NCBI GenBank assembly: GCA_043745355.1
Contig: JAYTSY010000027.1
Location: 1 to 52,077, forward strand
Source of the DNA: a bacterium
GTDB taxonomy: Bacteria; Patescibacteriota; Minisyncoccia; Phycocordibacterales; CAIZLB01
Reading direction: 5' to 3'
DNA length: 52,077 nt
Positions 25,232 to 34,800 of this stretch are shown piece by piece. Both the position numbers and the translations under genes were made by a program. Within the stretch, counting starts at the first letter, position 1, and each line of letters begins with the position of its first letter. The notes beneath the pieces are model-generated. The model worked only from the letters and a program-made list of their open reading frames with translations. It ran no database searches and was not told where the DNA came from.

Positions 25232-25762
25232 ATGTCTGGTCATAATAAATGGTCCCAAATAAAAAGACAGAAAGGAAAAAGTGATGCTCAAAAAAGCAAA
25301 GCATATTCGAAGTATGCACGATTGTTAGGTGTCGAATCCAAAAAAGCTGCTGGAAACATAACATCCCCGAGTCTTGCTGCGGCAATCGAGAAAGCCAAGA
25401 AAGATAATGTGCCAAAAGATGTTATCGATCGTGCTGTCAAAAAGGGAGGTGAACAAGGTGGGGCAATAATGGAAGCGATCACTTACGAAGCATATGGCCC
25501 TGGAGGTTGTGCCATCCTCATCGAAGCTCTCACTGATAATAGAAATAAAGCGGCACAAGAAATCAAACATATTCTCATCGCGTTCAATATTGCACTTGCT
25601 GGAATTGGCTCTGCGACATGGGCATTTTCAAAAACGGGCAGTGAGTGGGTACCGACAATGACCGTTCCTCTTTCAGACGATGACTTGGAAACGCTTTCGA
25701 GAATTGTTGATAATCTTGAAGACAATGATGAGGTGCAAGCTGTATTTACGAATGCCGAATAA
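25232..25762 (+). CDS. yebC: YebC/PmpR family protein, internally shortened
   Basis: MSGHNKWSQIK, YEAYGPGG, LTDNRNK, LEDNDEVQAVFTN. Confidence 0.95.
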   Translation: MSGHNKWSQIKRQKGKSDAQKSKAYSKYARLLGVESKKAAGNITSPSLAAAIEKAKKDNVPKDVIDRAVKKGGEQGGAIMEAITYEAYGPGGCAILIEALTDNRNKAAQEIKHILIAFNIALAGIGSATWAFSKTGSEWVPTMTVPLSDDDLETLSRIVDNLEDNDEVQAVFTNAE

Positions 25763-25774
25763 TATATTCAATAT

Positions 25775-26257
25775 ATGAAAGTATTATCAATTGATCCAGG
25801 ATACGAGAGACTCGGTATTGCTGTAATTGAAAAAACTGGCGGTAAAAAAGATTTGTTACTTTACTCATCGTGCGTGCGTACGTCTCCTAAAGATGTTTTT
25901 GAAAAACGACTATTAGTATTGGGAAACGAAGTGGAGAAAGTAATTGCTGAGTTTTCTCCCGAGGCGCTTGCAATTGAAAACTTGTTTATGAGCAATAACC
26001 AAAAGACTGCGATGCGCGTGGCGGAGGTGCGTGGTCTTATTATATATCTCGCTGTCAAAAACAATATGGCCGTCGCCGAGATGACGCCTCTCCAGATCAA
26101 ACTGGCAGTGACCGGCGACGGCAAAAGCAGTAAGGACCAAATGATGAAAATGGTCAGGTTGCTCATCACCCTGCCTCACACAAAAATGCTAGATGACGAA
26201 TATGATGCCATCGCATGCGGGCTAGCCTTTTTTGCTCTTAGAAAGGTATTCATTTAA
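25775..26257 (+). CDS. ruvC: Crossover junction endodeoxyribonuclease RuvC
   Basis: SIDPG, LAIENLF, TPLQIKLAVTG.GK, DDEYDA. Confidence 0.97.
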   Translation: MKVLSIDPGYERLGIAVIEKTGGKKDLLLYSSCVRTSPKDVFEKRLLVLGNEVEKVIAEFSPEALAIENLFMSNNQKTAMRVAEVRGLIIYLAVKNNMAVAEMTPLQIKLAVTGDGKSSKDQMMKMVRLLITLPHTKMLDDEYDAIACGLAFFALRKVFI

Positions 26258-26345
26258 AGCGGTTCGGTTATCCCCAACCTGCCAGATTTGCATATTTTTC
26301 ACGATATGTTAAAAACTATCTACAAGATTTAATTTAAACCAACAT

Positions 26346-26549
26346 ATGTCCGACGAAGATGAATTGAAAGATAAAGAAGAAAAAGAAATTGATATGCCCG
26401 CAAAAGGAGCGATAGAAGAAGCAATACCTGTAGATGCATTTGATGTATTTCTCGCTGACCCTGATGAAGAGGATGAGGAGGAAGGCACCTATCACGCTCC
26501 AAAAGAAGAAGACGAGGAACAGTTTCCATTTGATCACAACGCTGAATAA
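26346..26549 (+). CDS. Small highly acidic hypothetical protein
   Basis: 28 of 67 residues are D/E; followed directly by a terminator. Confidence 0.65.
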   Translation: MSDEDELKDKEEKEIDMPAKGAIEEAIPVDAFDVFLADPDEEDEEEGTYHAPKEEDEEQFPFDHNAE

Positions 26550-26605
26550 TAAATTTCACATAAAAAGCCCGGACACACGTCCGGGCTTTTTATGTGAAAT
26601 TTATT
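26548..26605. terminator. 27-bp perfect hairpin, bidirectional terminator
   Basis: AATAAATTTCACATAAAAAGCCCGGAC-acac-GTCCGGGCTTTTTATGTGAAATTTATT between convergent genes. Confidence 0.9.
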
Positions 26606-27791
26606 TAACCATGAAACGCACAAACCTCCGTTTACCAACTTTGACGGTAATCGTATTCTGAATGACAAAATTAAAATCAGAAACCTTTTCTTCACCAATA
26701 GTCACAGCGCTTTCTTTAACCAATCGCTTATACTCACCGATCGATTCAACAACATGAGCGTCGAGTAATGCTTTAGATAGCGCTGTGCCCGATTCTATAT
26801 TCACTTCAGGAATTTCATCTGGCACATCACCTTTGGAAAAGGTATTGATAAAATTCTGTTCAGCGGCCTCGGCAGATTGTTCTCCGTGATACTGCGCGAC
26901 AATATTTTTTGCCAAGCGTATTTTTAGATCGCGAGGGTTTAGTGATGAGCTATTTAAATCTTTATTTATTTTTTCTAATTCTTCAACACTCACATTTGTA
27001 CAAAGTTCAAACCCATTTGGTATCATCGTGTCTGTCCAACTCATGATCTTTCCAAACATTTCCGAAGGAGAATCGTCGAGCGACACAATATTTCCTTCGG
27101 TCTTTCCCATCTTTTTGCCATTAGCATCCGCAAGTAACTTCATTGTTATTGCAAACTTTTCTTTATTTTTTATTTTTTTCAAGAAGTCGCGTCCAACAAG
27201 CATGTTGAACATTTGGTCATTGCCTCCCACTTCTACATCAACATCAAGCATTACACTATCGTAACCCTGAAGAAGGGGATAAATGAACTCGTGGATATAA
27301 ATTGGTTTTTCCTCTTCAATTCGTTTTGCAAACATGTCCCGCTTCAACATTTGGTCGACCGTCATGAGAGAGGTGAGATGCAAAACATCTTTCAAAGAAA
27401 GTTTCTTTAACCATTTTGAGTTGTAAACTATCTCAGCGCGATTCGTTCCCCAAAAACTAAGGAATTTTGATGCTTGTTTTTTATATAATTTTAAATTTTT
27501 ATTTACCTCTGTTGTTGTGAGTACTTTTCGTGCCGCCATTTTGTCAGTAGGATCACCGATTTGCGCAGTGAAGTCTCCGATAAGGAGAATTACTTTGTGA
27601 CCAAGTGTTTGAAACTGCTGTAGTTTTTTTAGGACGATCGCATGGCCGATATGCAAGGTTGGTCCTGTAGGATCAATGCCTGCATAAATGCGCAACTTAT
27701 CACCCTTTTGGATTCTGGAAGATAAAAAATCAGCAGAGGGGAGTATTTGTTCAACGCCGCGGGTCAAAAGTGTATCTAAATCCTTATTCAT
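26601..27791 (-). CDS. tyrS: Tyrosine--tRNA ligase
   Basis: GIDPTGPTLHIGH, YPLLQGYD, GGNDQ, KMGKT and a C-terminal S4-like domain. Confidence 0.98.
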   Translation of the reverse strand: MNKDLDTLLTRGVEQILPSADFLSSRIQKGDKLRIYAGIDPTGPTLHIGHAIVLKKLQQFQTLGHKVILLIGDFTAQIGDPTDKMAARKVLTTTEVNKNLKLYKKQASKFLSFWGTNRAEIVYNSKWLKKLSLKDVLHLTSLMTVDQMLKRDMFAKRIEEEKPIYIHEFIYPLLQGYDSVMLDVDVEVGGNDQMFNMLVGRDFLKKIKNKEKFAITMKLLADANGKKMGKTEGNIVSLDDSPSEMFGKIMSWTDTMIPNGFELCTNVSVEELEKINKDLNSSSLNPRDLKIRLAKNIVAQYHGEQSAEAAEQNFINTFSKGDVPDEIPEVNIESGTALSKALLDAHVVESIGEYKRLVKESAVTIGEEKVSDFNFVIQNTITVKVGKRRFVRFMVK

Positions 27792-27848
27792 GAAGATAAA
27801 TCTAGCATATTTCCTCTCTTTTTGGTACGCTTACCAACACAACATAAA

Positions 27849-30362
27849 ATGAAAATTATCTCAAGAATTACTGCTTGGGCGAAAGCCTTCTATCGTACAG
27901 CTCGCCACAGCTTAAAAAACCCACATTCCCGAAAGCTGATCATTCGAGACACTCTCCTCCTCGGACTCATCCTTTTGGTAGTCCTTTCAGGAAGCTTCCT
28001 CTTGTGGGCAGCTAGCCTTAAAACCCCTGATCTTGGCTCTTTTGACGATCGACTCCTTGGACAATCAGCCAAAATCTATGATCGAACGGGCACAATCCTC
28101 CTTTATGATCTCAGCCAAAAAGTGCGCCGTACTGTTGTACCTTTTGATCAAATATCCCCCCTTGCAAAGAACGCGGCAATTGCCATTGAGGACGCGGATT
28201 TTTATAATCACAAAGGCATCAAGGCAACATCTATCATTCGAGCTATTGTTGCAAACATCTTTTCGCTTCATTTTAGCCAAGGAGGATCAACCATTACGCA
28301 ACAAGTCATCAAGAACTCACTCCTAAGTTCCAACAAAGACATTTCACGAAAGCTCAAGGAGTGGATCCTTGCAATCAAACTTGAGCAGGCCACTGACAAG
28401 GATTCTATTTTAAATCTTTATCTCAATGACACTTCATATGGAGGAAATCTTTATGGAATAGCAGAGGCTAGCTCTGTCTTTTTCGGAAAGAAGCCTTCAG
28501 AGGTCACGCTGGCTGAAGCGGCATATCTTGCAGCTATTCCTCAAGCGCCCACATACTACTCACCGTATGGTACACACAAAGCAAGTCTTGATACTCGAAA
28601 AGACCTAGTACTCAAGAAAATGCTTGAGAATAAATTAATTACAGAAGACCAATACAATGCGGCCCTGGCAGAAAAAATTACCTTCCTCCCCAAAAGTGTT
28701 ACCGGTATCAAAGCACCTCACTTTGTGATGTTCATTAAACAATATCTTGAAAACAAATATGGTGATGAAACACTCCAACAAGGGGGATTCAAAATCATCA
28801 CAACCTTGGACTACAACCTCCAACAAAAAGCTGAAGGAATTGCCAAAGAATATATTATTAAAAATGAAAAAGCGTTTAAAGCGTCAAATGGGGCGATGGT
28901 GGGAATTGATCCTAAAACAGGACAAATATTAATGATGGTGGGTTCTCGAGATTATTTCGATACTAATATTCAGGGAAATTTTAATGTAGCAACGGCTCAT
29001 CGCCAGCCAGGATCATCCTTTAAGCCTTTTGTGTATGCCACAGCCTTCAACAAAGGATTTACTCCTGATACACCTCTCTATGATGTATTCACAGAATTCA
29101 ACGCTTCGTGTTCTCCAATAGGTACACCAAATGTTCCCAATGCAAAATGTTATCACCCTCAGAATTACGAAGGTGGGTACAAGGGATTAATGAGTATTCG
29201 TAGCGCCCTCGGACAATCCCGAAACATTCCGGCGGTAAGACTTCTCCATCTTGTTGGTATTGAGGATTCGATCAGCACTGCCCGAGCAATGGGAATTGAT
29301 AGTTTGACCAATGCAGGCCAATACGGACTAACGCTTGTTCTTGGAGGTGGGGAGGTGTCTCCTTTGGATATGGCTAGTGCATACGGAGTATTTGCAAATG
29401 ATGGAGCGCGCAATCCATATACAGGCATCTTGAGCATACAAGGAGCCGACGGAAATGAGCTAGAAGCGTACGCAACATCCACCAAACAAGTTATTCCGCA
29501 GCAGACGGCTCGACTCATGAACAATGTTCTCGCCGACCCATACGCACGGTCAAGTATTTTCGGATCACGATATTTCGGAGACAAGAAGGTAGGTATAAAG
29601 ACTGGTACTACTAACAACTCTCGAGACGCATGGATCGTTGGATATACACCAAACCTCGTAGTTAGTGCGTGGGTGGGAAACAATGACAACTCACCGATGA
29701 TTCAGAAAGCCTCTGCAATTATTGTTGCCCCTATGTGGAAACAATTTATGGATTACTCCCTTGATCAATTGCCTGACGAGAATTTTGAGGCGCCAGACCC
29801 AATTTCACCCGATATAAAACCATTTTTAGGAGGAGCATGGCTAGGTCCGGGGAATACTGTACACTCGGAGTTGTATTGGATTGATAGAAACAATCCAGCA
29901 GGTGATCCGCCGTCAAACCCGGCAGGGGAAAGTCTCTATAATAATTTTGAGGTGGGTGTTCAGAGTTGGGCCAACTCTCTCACTGGTGCAATGACTATAT
30001 ATCAAGGAAATCAGTCAGCAACCTCTTCTCCAGCGGGTATCAATTCTGGTTCAACAACAAACCCACAACAAAACCCCACAACCCAAACAAATGCTTTCTA
30101 TATTTCAACACCAGCGAAAGGCGCTGTATTAGGTGGGCAGGAGCGAGCAGTTCTTGGTGTAGGAAATCTTCTCAATCAAACTTCAAAAGTTGATTATTAT
30201 GTAAACAATATTTTGATTGGGTCTGCAACAGAAGCTCCATTTAGTTTTTCTTTCATCCCCAGGTCAGTATCTGGTATACAGGACGAAAATGATCTAAAAG
30301 CGGTTAATTTTAACCTTCTAGGAGAACACCAAGAGGCTGTCTCATATTTCTCCATCAAATAA
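27849..30362 (+). CDS. Class A penicillin-binding protein with a C-terminal Ig-like domain
   Basis: Transglycosylase EDADFYNH and GGSTITQQ; transpeptidase SSFK, SRN, KTG; Thr/Asn linker then a beta-rich domain. Confidence 0.95.
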   Translation: MKIISRITAWAKAFYRTARHSLKNPHSRKLIIRDTLLLGLILLVVLSGSFLLWAASLKTPDLGSFDDRLLGQSAKIYDRTGTILLYDLSQKVRRTVVPFDQISPLAKNAAIAIEDADFYNHKGIKATSIIRAIVANIFSLHFSQGGSTITQQVIKNSLLSSNKDISRKLKEWILAIKLEQATDKDSILNLYLNDTSYGGNLYGIAEASSVFFGKKPSEVTLAEAAYLAAIPQAPTYYSPYGTHKASLDTRKDLVLKKMLENKLITEDQYNAALAEKITFLPKSVTGIKAPHFVMFIKQYLENKYGDETLQQGGFKIITTLDYNLQQKAEGIAKEYIIKNEKAFKASNGAMVGIDPKTGQILMMVGSRDYFDTNIQGNFNVATAHRQPGSSFKPFVYATAFNKGFTPDTPLYDVFTEFNASCSPIGTPNVPNAKCYHPQNYEGGYKGLMSIRSALGQSRNIPAVRLLHLVGIEDSISTARAMGIDSLTNAGQYGLTLVLGGGEVSPLDMASAYGVFANDGARNPYTGILSIQGADGNELEAYATSTKQVIPQQTARLMNNVLADPYARSSIFGSRYFGDKKVGIKTGTTNNSRDAWIVGYTPNLVVSAWVGNNDNSPMIQKASAIIVAPMWKQFMDYSLDQLPDENFEAPDPISPDIKPFLGGAWLGPGNTVHSELYWIDRNNPAGDPPSNPAGESLYNNFEVGVQSWANSLTGAMTIYQGNQSATSSPAGINSGSTTNPQQNPTTQTNAFYISTPAKGAVLGGQERAVLGVGNLLNQTSKVDYYVNNILIGSATEAPFSFSFIPRSVSGIQDENDLKAVNFNLLGEHQEAVSYFSIK

Positions 30363-30374
30363 ACCTTGGCGGAA

Positions 30375-30629
30375 CTATTGAATATCGAGAATTCCTCTTT
30401 CAGGAAAAAGTGGAATAAGAATATTTAATACTGAAGTTTTCTTAAAAAAAAGAGCTGATTTAAGTGCTGAGTGTGCTGAAACTTGTATCAGTGTTTTTTT
30501 GAATTGGATTTGAGAAGGAAGTATTTCAATACCACACTGTTCTTTGATAACAGAAGAAATTCTTTCTTTGTCGAGAGATGGATCTCGAATGAGAGTGAAC
30601 TTTTGAAGAAAATTTGAGAGGTTCTTCAT
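30375..30629 (-). CDS. Probable DciA (DUF721)-like helicase-loading factor
   Basis: 84 aa directly after dnaN; LIQVSAHSALKSALFFKK resembles the DciA KH-like core. Mostly a positional inference. Confidence 0.5.
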   Translation of the reverse strand: MKNLSNFLQKFTLIRDPSLDKERISSVIKEQCGIEILPSQIQFKKTLIQVSAHSALKSALFFKKTSVLNILIPLFPERGILDIQ

Positions 30630-30650
30630 AACCTCTTTATCATAACATAG

Positions 30651-31751
30651 CTACCTATTCATAGGCATCACCAAATACATGAAGGTTTTATCTCCTACCC
30701 CACGGATAACGAGGGCCTTGGTGGGGCCACTAAAGTGAAAAGAGAGGCTGTCTGAATCGACTGATTGAAAAGAGTCACTCAAATAGCGATAATTGAAATT
30801 GATGTCGATACTATCCCCAGTGATTGCTCCTACTAATTTCGAAGTATTCTCTCCTATTTCGTTATTTTTAGTAATAATTGTCATCTCTTTGTTTTGAGGA
30901 TGAACGACAAACTTCACATGATTAAACGCATCACTAAAAATCGTACTCAACTTCAATACATTTGCCATATCTTGTTTTAGAACGACAACCTCAGTACTGT
31001 TTTCTTTTGGGATAATTGATTTATAGTCTGGAAAATTCCCTTCAACTGTTCTAGAGACCACATAAATACCTTCTGTTTCGATTGCGAGCTGATTCTTCTC
31101 GATGGAAATTGTTAATTCAGAATCAACACCCTCAAATACACGGATAATTTCTGTTGCGTTCTTAACTGGAATGAGAATGTGGGAAAAATCTGGAACATTT
31201 TTTACTTTGATTGTCTTCTCAGCCAATCTAAATCCATCAGTAGCAACAAAAACGAGCGCATCGTCGCTAGGATAGACTCTTACGCTAGAAAGCTCAGGTT
31301 TGATACTCGAGGTCGCAGAACTATACCAAACACTCTTTAAACCGCGGATAAAGGCTTCTGATGGGATAGTAAATACTGAGTCACTCTTCACCCGAGGTAT
31401 CGAAGGATAATCCTCAGTTGGGTAGGCTTTGATGACAGTACTTGTCTTTGCAGTTGAAAGAAGAAGGTTCCCTTCTTTTAATTCCATATTTACTCCCTTT
31501 TCTCCTGCAAGGTGAGAAAGAAAACTATGTATAGTGGACCCGGGTACAGCAAACATTCCTTCATTTTCTATTTTTGCAGGTATGGTAATTTCAATACCTA
31601 TGTCCAAGTTAGTCGAACGGACAACTAGTGTGTTTTTCTTTGCTTCGAAAAGTATACATTTCAAAATAGGCAACGTCGCATTTTTACTCGCGATCTTTTC
31701 TGCTTTAGCTACCGCGCTCGCCAATTTTTCTCTGACACTTTCGAGTTTCAT
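30651..31751 (-). CDS. dnaN: DNA polymerase III beta sliding clamp
   Basis: TLPILKCIL, STNLDIGI, ATDGFRLA, GNFPDYKSIIP, FNYRYL, YLVMPM. Confidence 0.98.
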   Translation of the reverse strand: MKLESVREKLASAVAKAEKIASKNATLPILKCILFEAKKNTLVVRSTNLDIGIEITIPAKIENEGMFAVPGSTIHSFLSHLAGEKGVNMELKEGNLLLSTAKTSTVIKAYPTEDYPSIPRVKSDSVFTIPSEAFIRGLKSVWYSSATSSIKPELSSVRVYPSDDALVFVATDGFRLAEKTIKVKNVPDFSHILIPVKNATEIIRVFEGVDSELTISIEKNQLAIETEGIYVVSRTVEGNFPDYKSIIPKENSTEVVVLKQDMANVLKLSTIFSDAFNHVKFVVHPQNKEMTIITKNNEIGENTSKLVGAITGDSIDINFNYRYLSDSFQSVDSDSLSFHFSGPTKALVIRGVGDKTFMYLVMPMNR

Positions 31752-32012
31752 ATTTTTTCTCTTTTATATTAATTAAAATCTATTACTTTATTTATACCTG
31801 TGGATATGTGGATATCTTTTAAACCCTTACATTAAGCCATCTTAATGTTGAATGTTATTTTATGGCTGTGGATATCTCGTGGAAGTAATACTGCCTTATT
31901 TTTCCCCTGTGGACAAGTCCTTTCTTTTAAACAGGCTAACTTTTCATAATCCCCATCTTTTCCCTCACCTTGTTCGAGGGTTCCCAGGGGTTTATCCCCA
32001 GGTTTATCCCCA
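31752..32012. other. Replication origin oriC (dnaA-dnaN intergenic)
   Basis: AT-rich tract 31752-31796 next to tandem TGTGGATAT boxes (31799, 31807); more boxes at 31867 and 31908 (TGTGGACAA), and TTATCCCCA at 31992 and 32004. Confidence 0.8.
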
Positions 32013-33344
32013 CTAAATCAAAGAACGAATCTGGGCGAGATCGTTAATAAGCTCACTATTTGACTTGAGTTCGTTTCTTATTTTTTCACACGAGTGGATG
32101 ACGGTAGTATGATCTCTTCCCCCCAATTTCTGCCCAATAGATGGGAATGAAACACTAAAATCCTCTCGAAGGATATACATAGTGAGTTGCCGTGGTTTAA
32201 CCACCTCTTGGCGGCGAGTTTTGTTATAAATACTGTCTTCCTCAATGTTATAGAAAGATGCTACCGCTTTAACGACGTCTTTAACCGAAACGTTCTTGTG
32301 AGGCTTACTTGAATTTTTTGTAGTGTTTTTTATTTCGGCCAGACTAAGGTCTTTTCCTTTAAGTTGAGTTTGGCAGATGATCGAATTGAGAACACCCTCG
32401 AGCTCTCTAATACTTCCTTCAACAGCAGATGCGAGATAATAAGCAATTTCGGGGGCAAGATCGAAATTATTTATTTTTGCTTTTGCTTGGAGGATGGCGA
32501 TGCGAGATTCTATGTCAGCTGGAGCAATATCAACAATCATTCCCTGCATACAGCGAGATTTGAGACGATCCTCGAGGTTTTGAAGGTAGTTAGGATGTTT
32601 ATCTGAAGAAAATATAATTTGTTTATTACTATCATAGAGGTGATTAAACAAATGAAAGAACTCTTCTTGTGTTTTTTCCTTGTTAGCGAGAAATTGTATG
32701 TCGTCCATTATCAAAACATCATATTTTCTATATTTTTCCTTGAAGTTATTTACCTTATTGGCCTGAACCGCATTAATAAAGTCGATAGTAAACTTTTCTG
32801 AGGTTACATAGTGTACCCGTTTTTCTTTGTTGTGCAGTTTGTAGTGGTTCCCTACGGCTTGCATGAGGTGAGTTTTTCCAAGACCAGTATTTCCGTAGAA
32901 GAAAAGTGGGTTGTAAGCCACTGGTTTTTTGAGAATAGCTTGGGCGGCAGCGTATGCAAGCTCGTTGAAAGGCCCCACAACGAATGTCTCGAAGGTATAT
33001 CGAGGATTAAGGTTGTCTTCTGGGTTGATATAGAGCCCCTCGAGAGGTAATTCCTTGTTTTGGCTAGGAATTTCGATAGTAACATCATCTTTTTTCTTTA
33101 CTTGAGAGATTGAATATTCAATAGAGCGCACCCCTTCTGTAAGATTGCGAAGAGATTGCAAAATTGTCTTGTGATACTTTGTTGCGAGCCAATCTTTTAC
33201 GAAAGTGTTGGGAACAGAAAGATATACGACGCCGTTATCTACTTTTGAAATGTAGGTGTCCTTAAACCAGGTGTTGAAGTTTGCTCGAGAAACTTCGAGT
33301 TCAGCTTGCATCAATACCGTATCCCACAATTTTTTTGCATCCAT
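32013..33344 (-). CDS. dnaA: Chromosomal replication initiator DnaA
   Basis: FNTWF, LNPRYTFETFV, YNPLFFYGNTGLGKTHL, DDIQF, GGRDHTTVIH. Confidence 0.99.
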   Translation of the reverse strand: MDAKKLWDTVLMQAELEVSRANFNTWFKDTYISKVDNGVVYLSVPNTFVKDWLATKYHKTILQSLRNLTEGVRSIEYSISQVKKKDDVTIEIPSQNKELPLEGLYINPEDNLNPRYTFETFVVGPFNELAYAAAQAILKKPVAYNPLFFYGNTGLGKTHLMQAVGNHYKLHNKEKRVHYVTSEKFTIDFINAVQANKVNNFKEKYRKYDVLIMDDIQFLANKEKTQEEFFHLFNHLYDSNKQIIFSSDKHPNYLQNLEDRLKSRCMQGMIVDIAPADIESRIAILQAKAKINNFDLAPEIAYYLASAVEGSIRELEGVLNSIICQTQLKGKDLSLAEIKNTTKNSSKPHKNVSVKDVVKAVASFYNIEEDSIYNKTRRQEVVKPRQLTMYILREDFSVSFPSIGQKLGGRDHTTVIHSCEKIRNELKSNSELINDLAQIRSLI

Positions 33345-33423
33345 GTTGGAGATATTATATTCCTATCAAAAAATTAAAGAACTTGTAAAAACATAATAAC
33401 TATGTTCATAACATGTTGATAAC

Positions 33424-33507
33424 TTAAATTACAAAACAAAAGTGTACCTTGTGAGGGGGCACGGCCTATCTCCCCCTCACAAGGTACACTTTTGTTTTGT
33501 AATTTAA
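33424..33507. repeat. 36-bp perfect inverted repeat with a 12-nt loop
   Basis: 33424-33459 is the exact reverse complement of 33472-33507. Confidence 0.95.
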
Positions 33508-33551
33508 CTCCTCTTGTTAATCATTATATTTTAGGTTATGATGCTTTCACT

Positions 33552-33692
33552 ATGTCATTTACGTATAATCCCAAGAAAAAGAAGCGAGCAAAGACTCACG
33601 GTTTTTTGTCTCGCTCAAAGACTCACGGTGGACGTCGGGTGTTAAAAGCACGTAGACAAAAAGGACGAAAGAAGCTTTCTGCCTCAGTTTAG
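33552..33692 (+). CDS. rpmH: 50S ribosomal protein L34
   Basis: MSFTYNP..KRAKTHGFLSR...GRRVLKARRQKGRKKL; start ATG 33552. Confidence 0.97.
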   Translation: MSFTYNPKKKKRAKTHGFLSRSKTHGGRRVLKARRQKGRKKLSASV

Positions 33693-33723
33693 TTGAAATA
33701 TGGCTTAGATAAGCCACTAAATT

Positions 33724-34059
33724 ATGAAATTACCACGACTTTCATCTGAAATGGTAGGAGAAGTGATGCTAAAAGGGAGGTCGGCGCCTGCCGCCTCTTT
33801 TTTGTTTAAACACCTGCCTCACAAGGAGGCGGTGTTCGCCTTTATTGCCTCAAAAAAGCTCTTTCCTAGGGCGGTCCTTCGTACAGAGGCGCGCCGTCGA
33901 GGACGCGCCGCTCTGCGGCGCGTCCTCGACGGCGCCCACCCCACCCCTGTTATGGGTGTTTTTTTGCTGAAGCCTTCTGCAATTCATACAGAGTTCACAA
34001 TATTTGCTGATGAAATCAGGAATGTTTTAATAAAAAGCGGTATACTTACCAAACTATGA
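33724..34059 (+). CDS. rnpA: Ribonuclease P protein component, divergent
   Basis: Between rpmH and yidC; FAFIASKK and AVLRTEARRRGR (degenerate RNR motif). Confidence 0.8.
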   Translation: MKLPRLSSEMVGEVMLKGRSAPAASFLFKHLPHKEAVFAFIASKKLFPRAVLRTEARRRGRAALRRVLDGAHPTPVMGVFLLKPSAIHTEFTIFADEIRNVLIKSGILTKL

Positions 34060-34793
34060 TTTCATCAATTTTTGCAACAATCTTTTATAATCCACTTTAT
34101 AACGGTCTGATCTATCTCATTGGTCATCTTCCAAACGGCGATATTGGTATCGCTGTTATTCTTTTTACTTGTATCGTGAAGTTTATACTCTTCCCTCTTT
34201 CAAAGAGTTCGGTAGTCACTCAACTCAAAATGAAAGCACTTGAACCTGAATTACAAAAGATCAAAGACAAGAACAAAGGTAACAAAGAAGAAGAGGCCCG
34301 ACAAACATTAGAATTTTATCGTGCCAACAAACTCAATCCTTTTGCGGGTGTGCTCCTTATGCTTATTCAGTTACCGATCATCATAGCTTTAGCGTTTATT
34401 TTTTATCGTGGAGGGCTACCCACTGTACACCTCGACATCCTATACTCATTCATCAAAGTTCCCGCAGTTATTAGTATGTATTTCTTTGGCACCGTCAATA
34501 TCGCTGTAAATAGCATAGTACTCAGTGTTATAGCTGGGGTTAGTCAGTTTTTTCAGGTTCAGTACTCTGTGCCTAAATATAAAAAGCCAGAAGGACAAAC
34601 AGAGCCTAATTTTAAGGATGACTTGGCTAGGAGTATGAATACTCAGATGAGATATGTGCTCCCTGCAATGGTCTTCTTCTTTTCCCTCGGGATATCAGGT
34701 GCTGTGGCCCTCTACTGGATCACAAGCAATCTCTTTACAATCGCGCAGGAAGTTTACTTCCGACAGACCATAAAAAAAGTTAAAGCTGTATAA
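34056..34793 (+). CDS. yidC: YidC/Oxa1 membrane insertase (short form)
   Basis: GIAVILFTCIVKFILFPL, LEPELQKI, NPFAGVLLMLIQLP, ALYWITSN. Confidence 0.96.
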   Translation: MISSIFATIFYNPLYNGLIYLIGHLPNGDIGIAVILFTCIVKFILFPLSKSSVVTQLKMKALEPELQKIKDKNKGNKEEEARQTLEFYRANKLNPFAGVLLMLIQLPIIIALAFIFYRGGLPTVHLDILYSFIKVPAVISMYFFGTVNIAVNSIVLSVIAGVSQFFQVQYSVPKYKKPEGQTEPNFKDDLARSMNTQMRYVLPAMVFFFSLGISGAVALYWITSNLFTIAQEVYFRQTIKKVKAV

Positions 34794-34800
34794 CAAAAGT

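Noticed and set aside
26277-26285. Isolated TTATCCCCA matching the oriC box variant
   Set aside because: A single 9-mer, plausible by chance
31770-31798. DnaA-trio array in the unwinding element
   Set aside because: No reading phase gives a continuous run of trios, so only the general layout is reported
33492-33551. Longer L34 start given in the ORF track
   Set aside because: It begins within the inverted repeat; homology starts at ATG 33552
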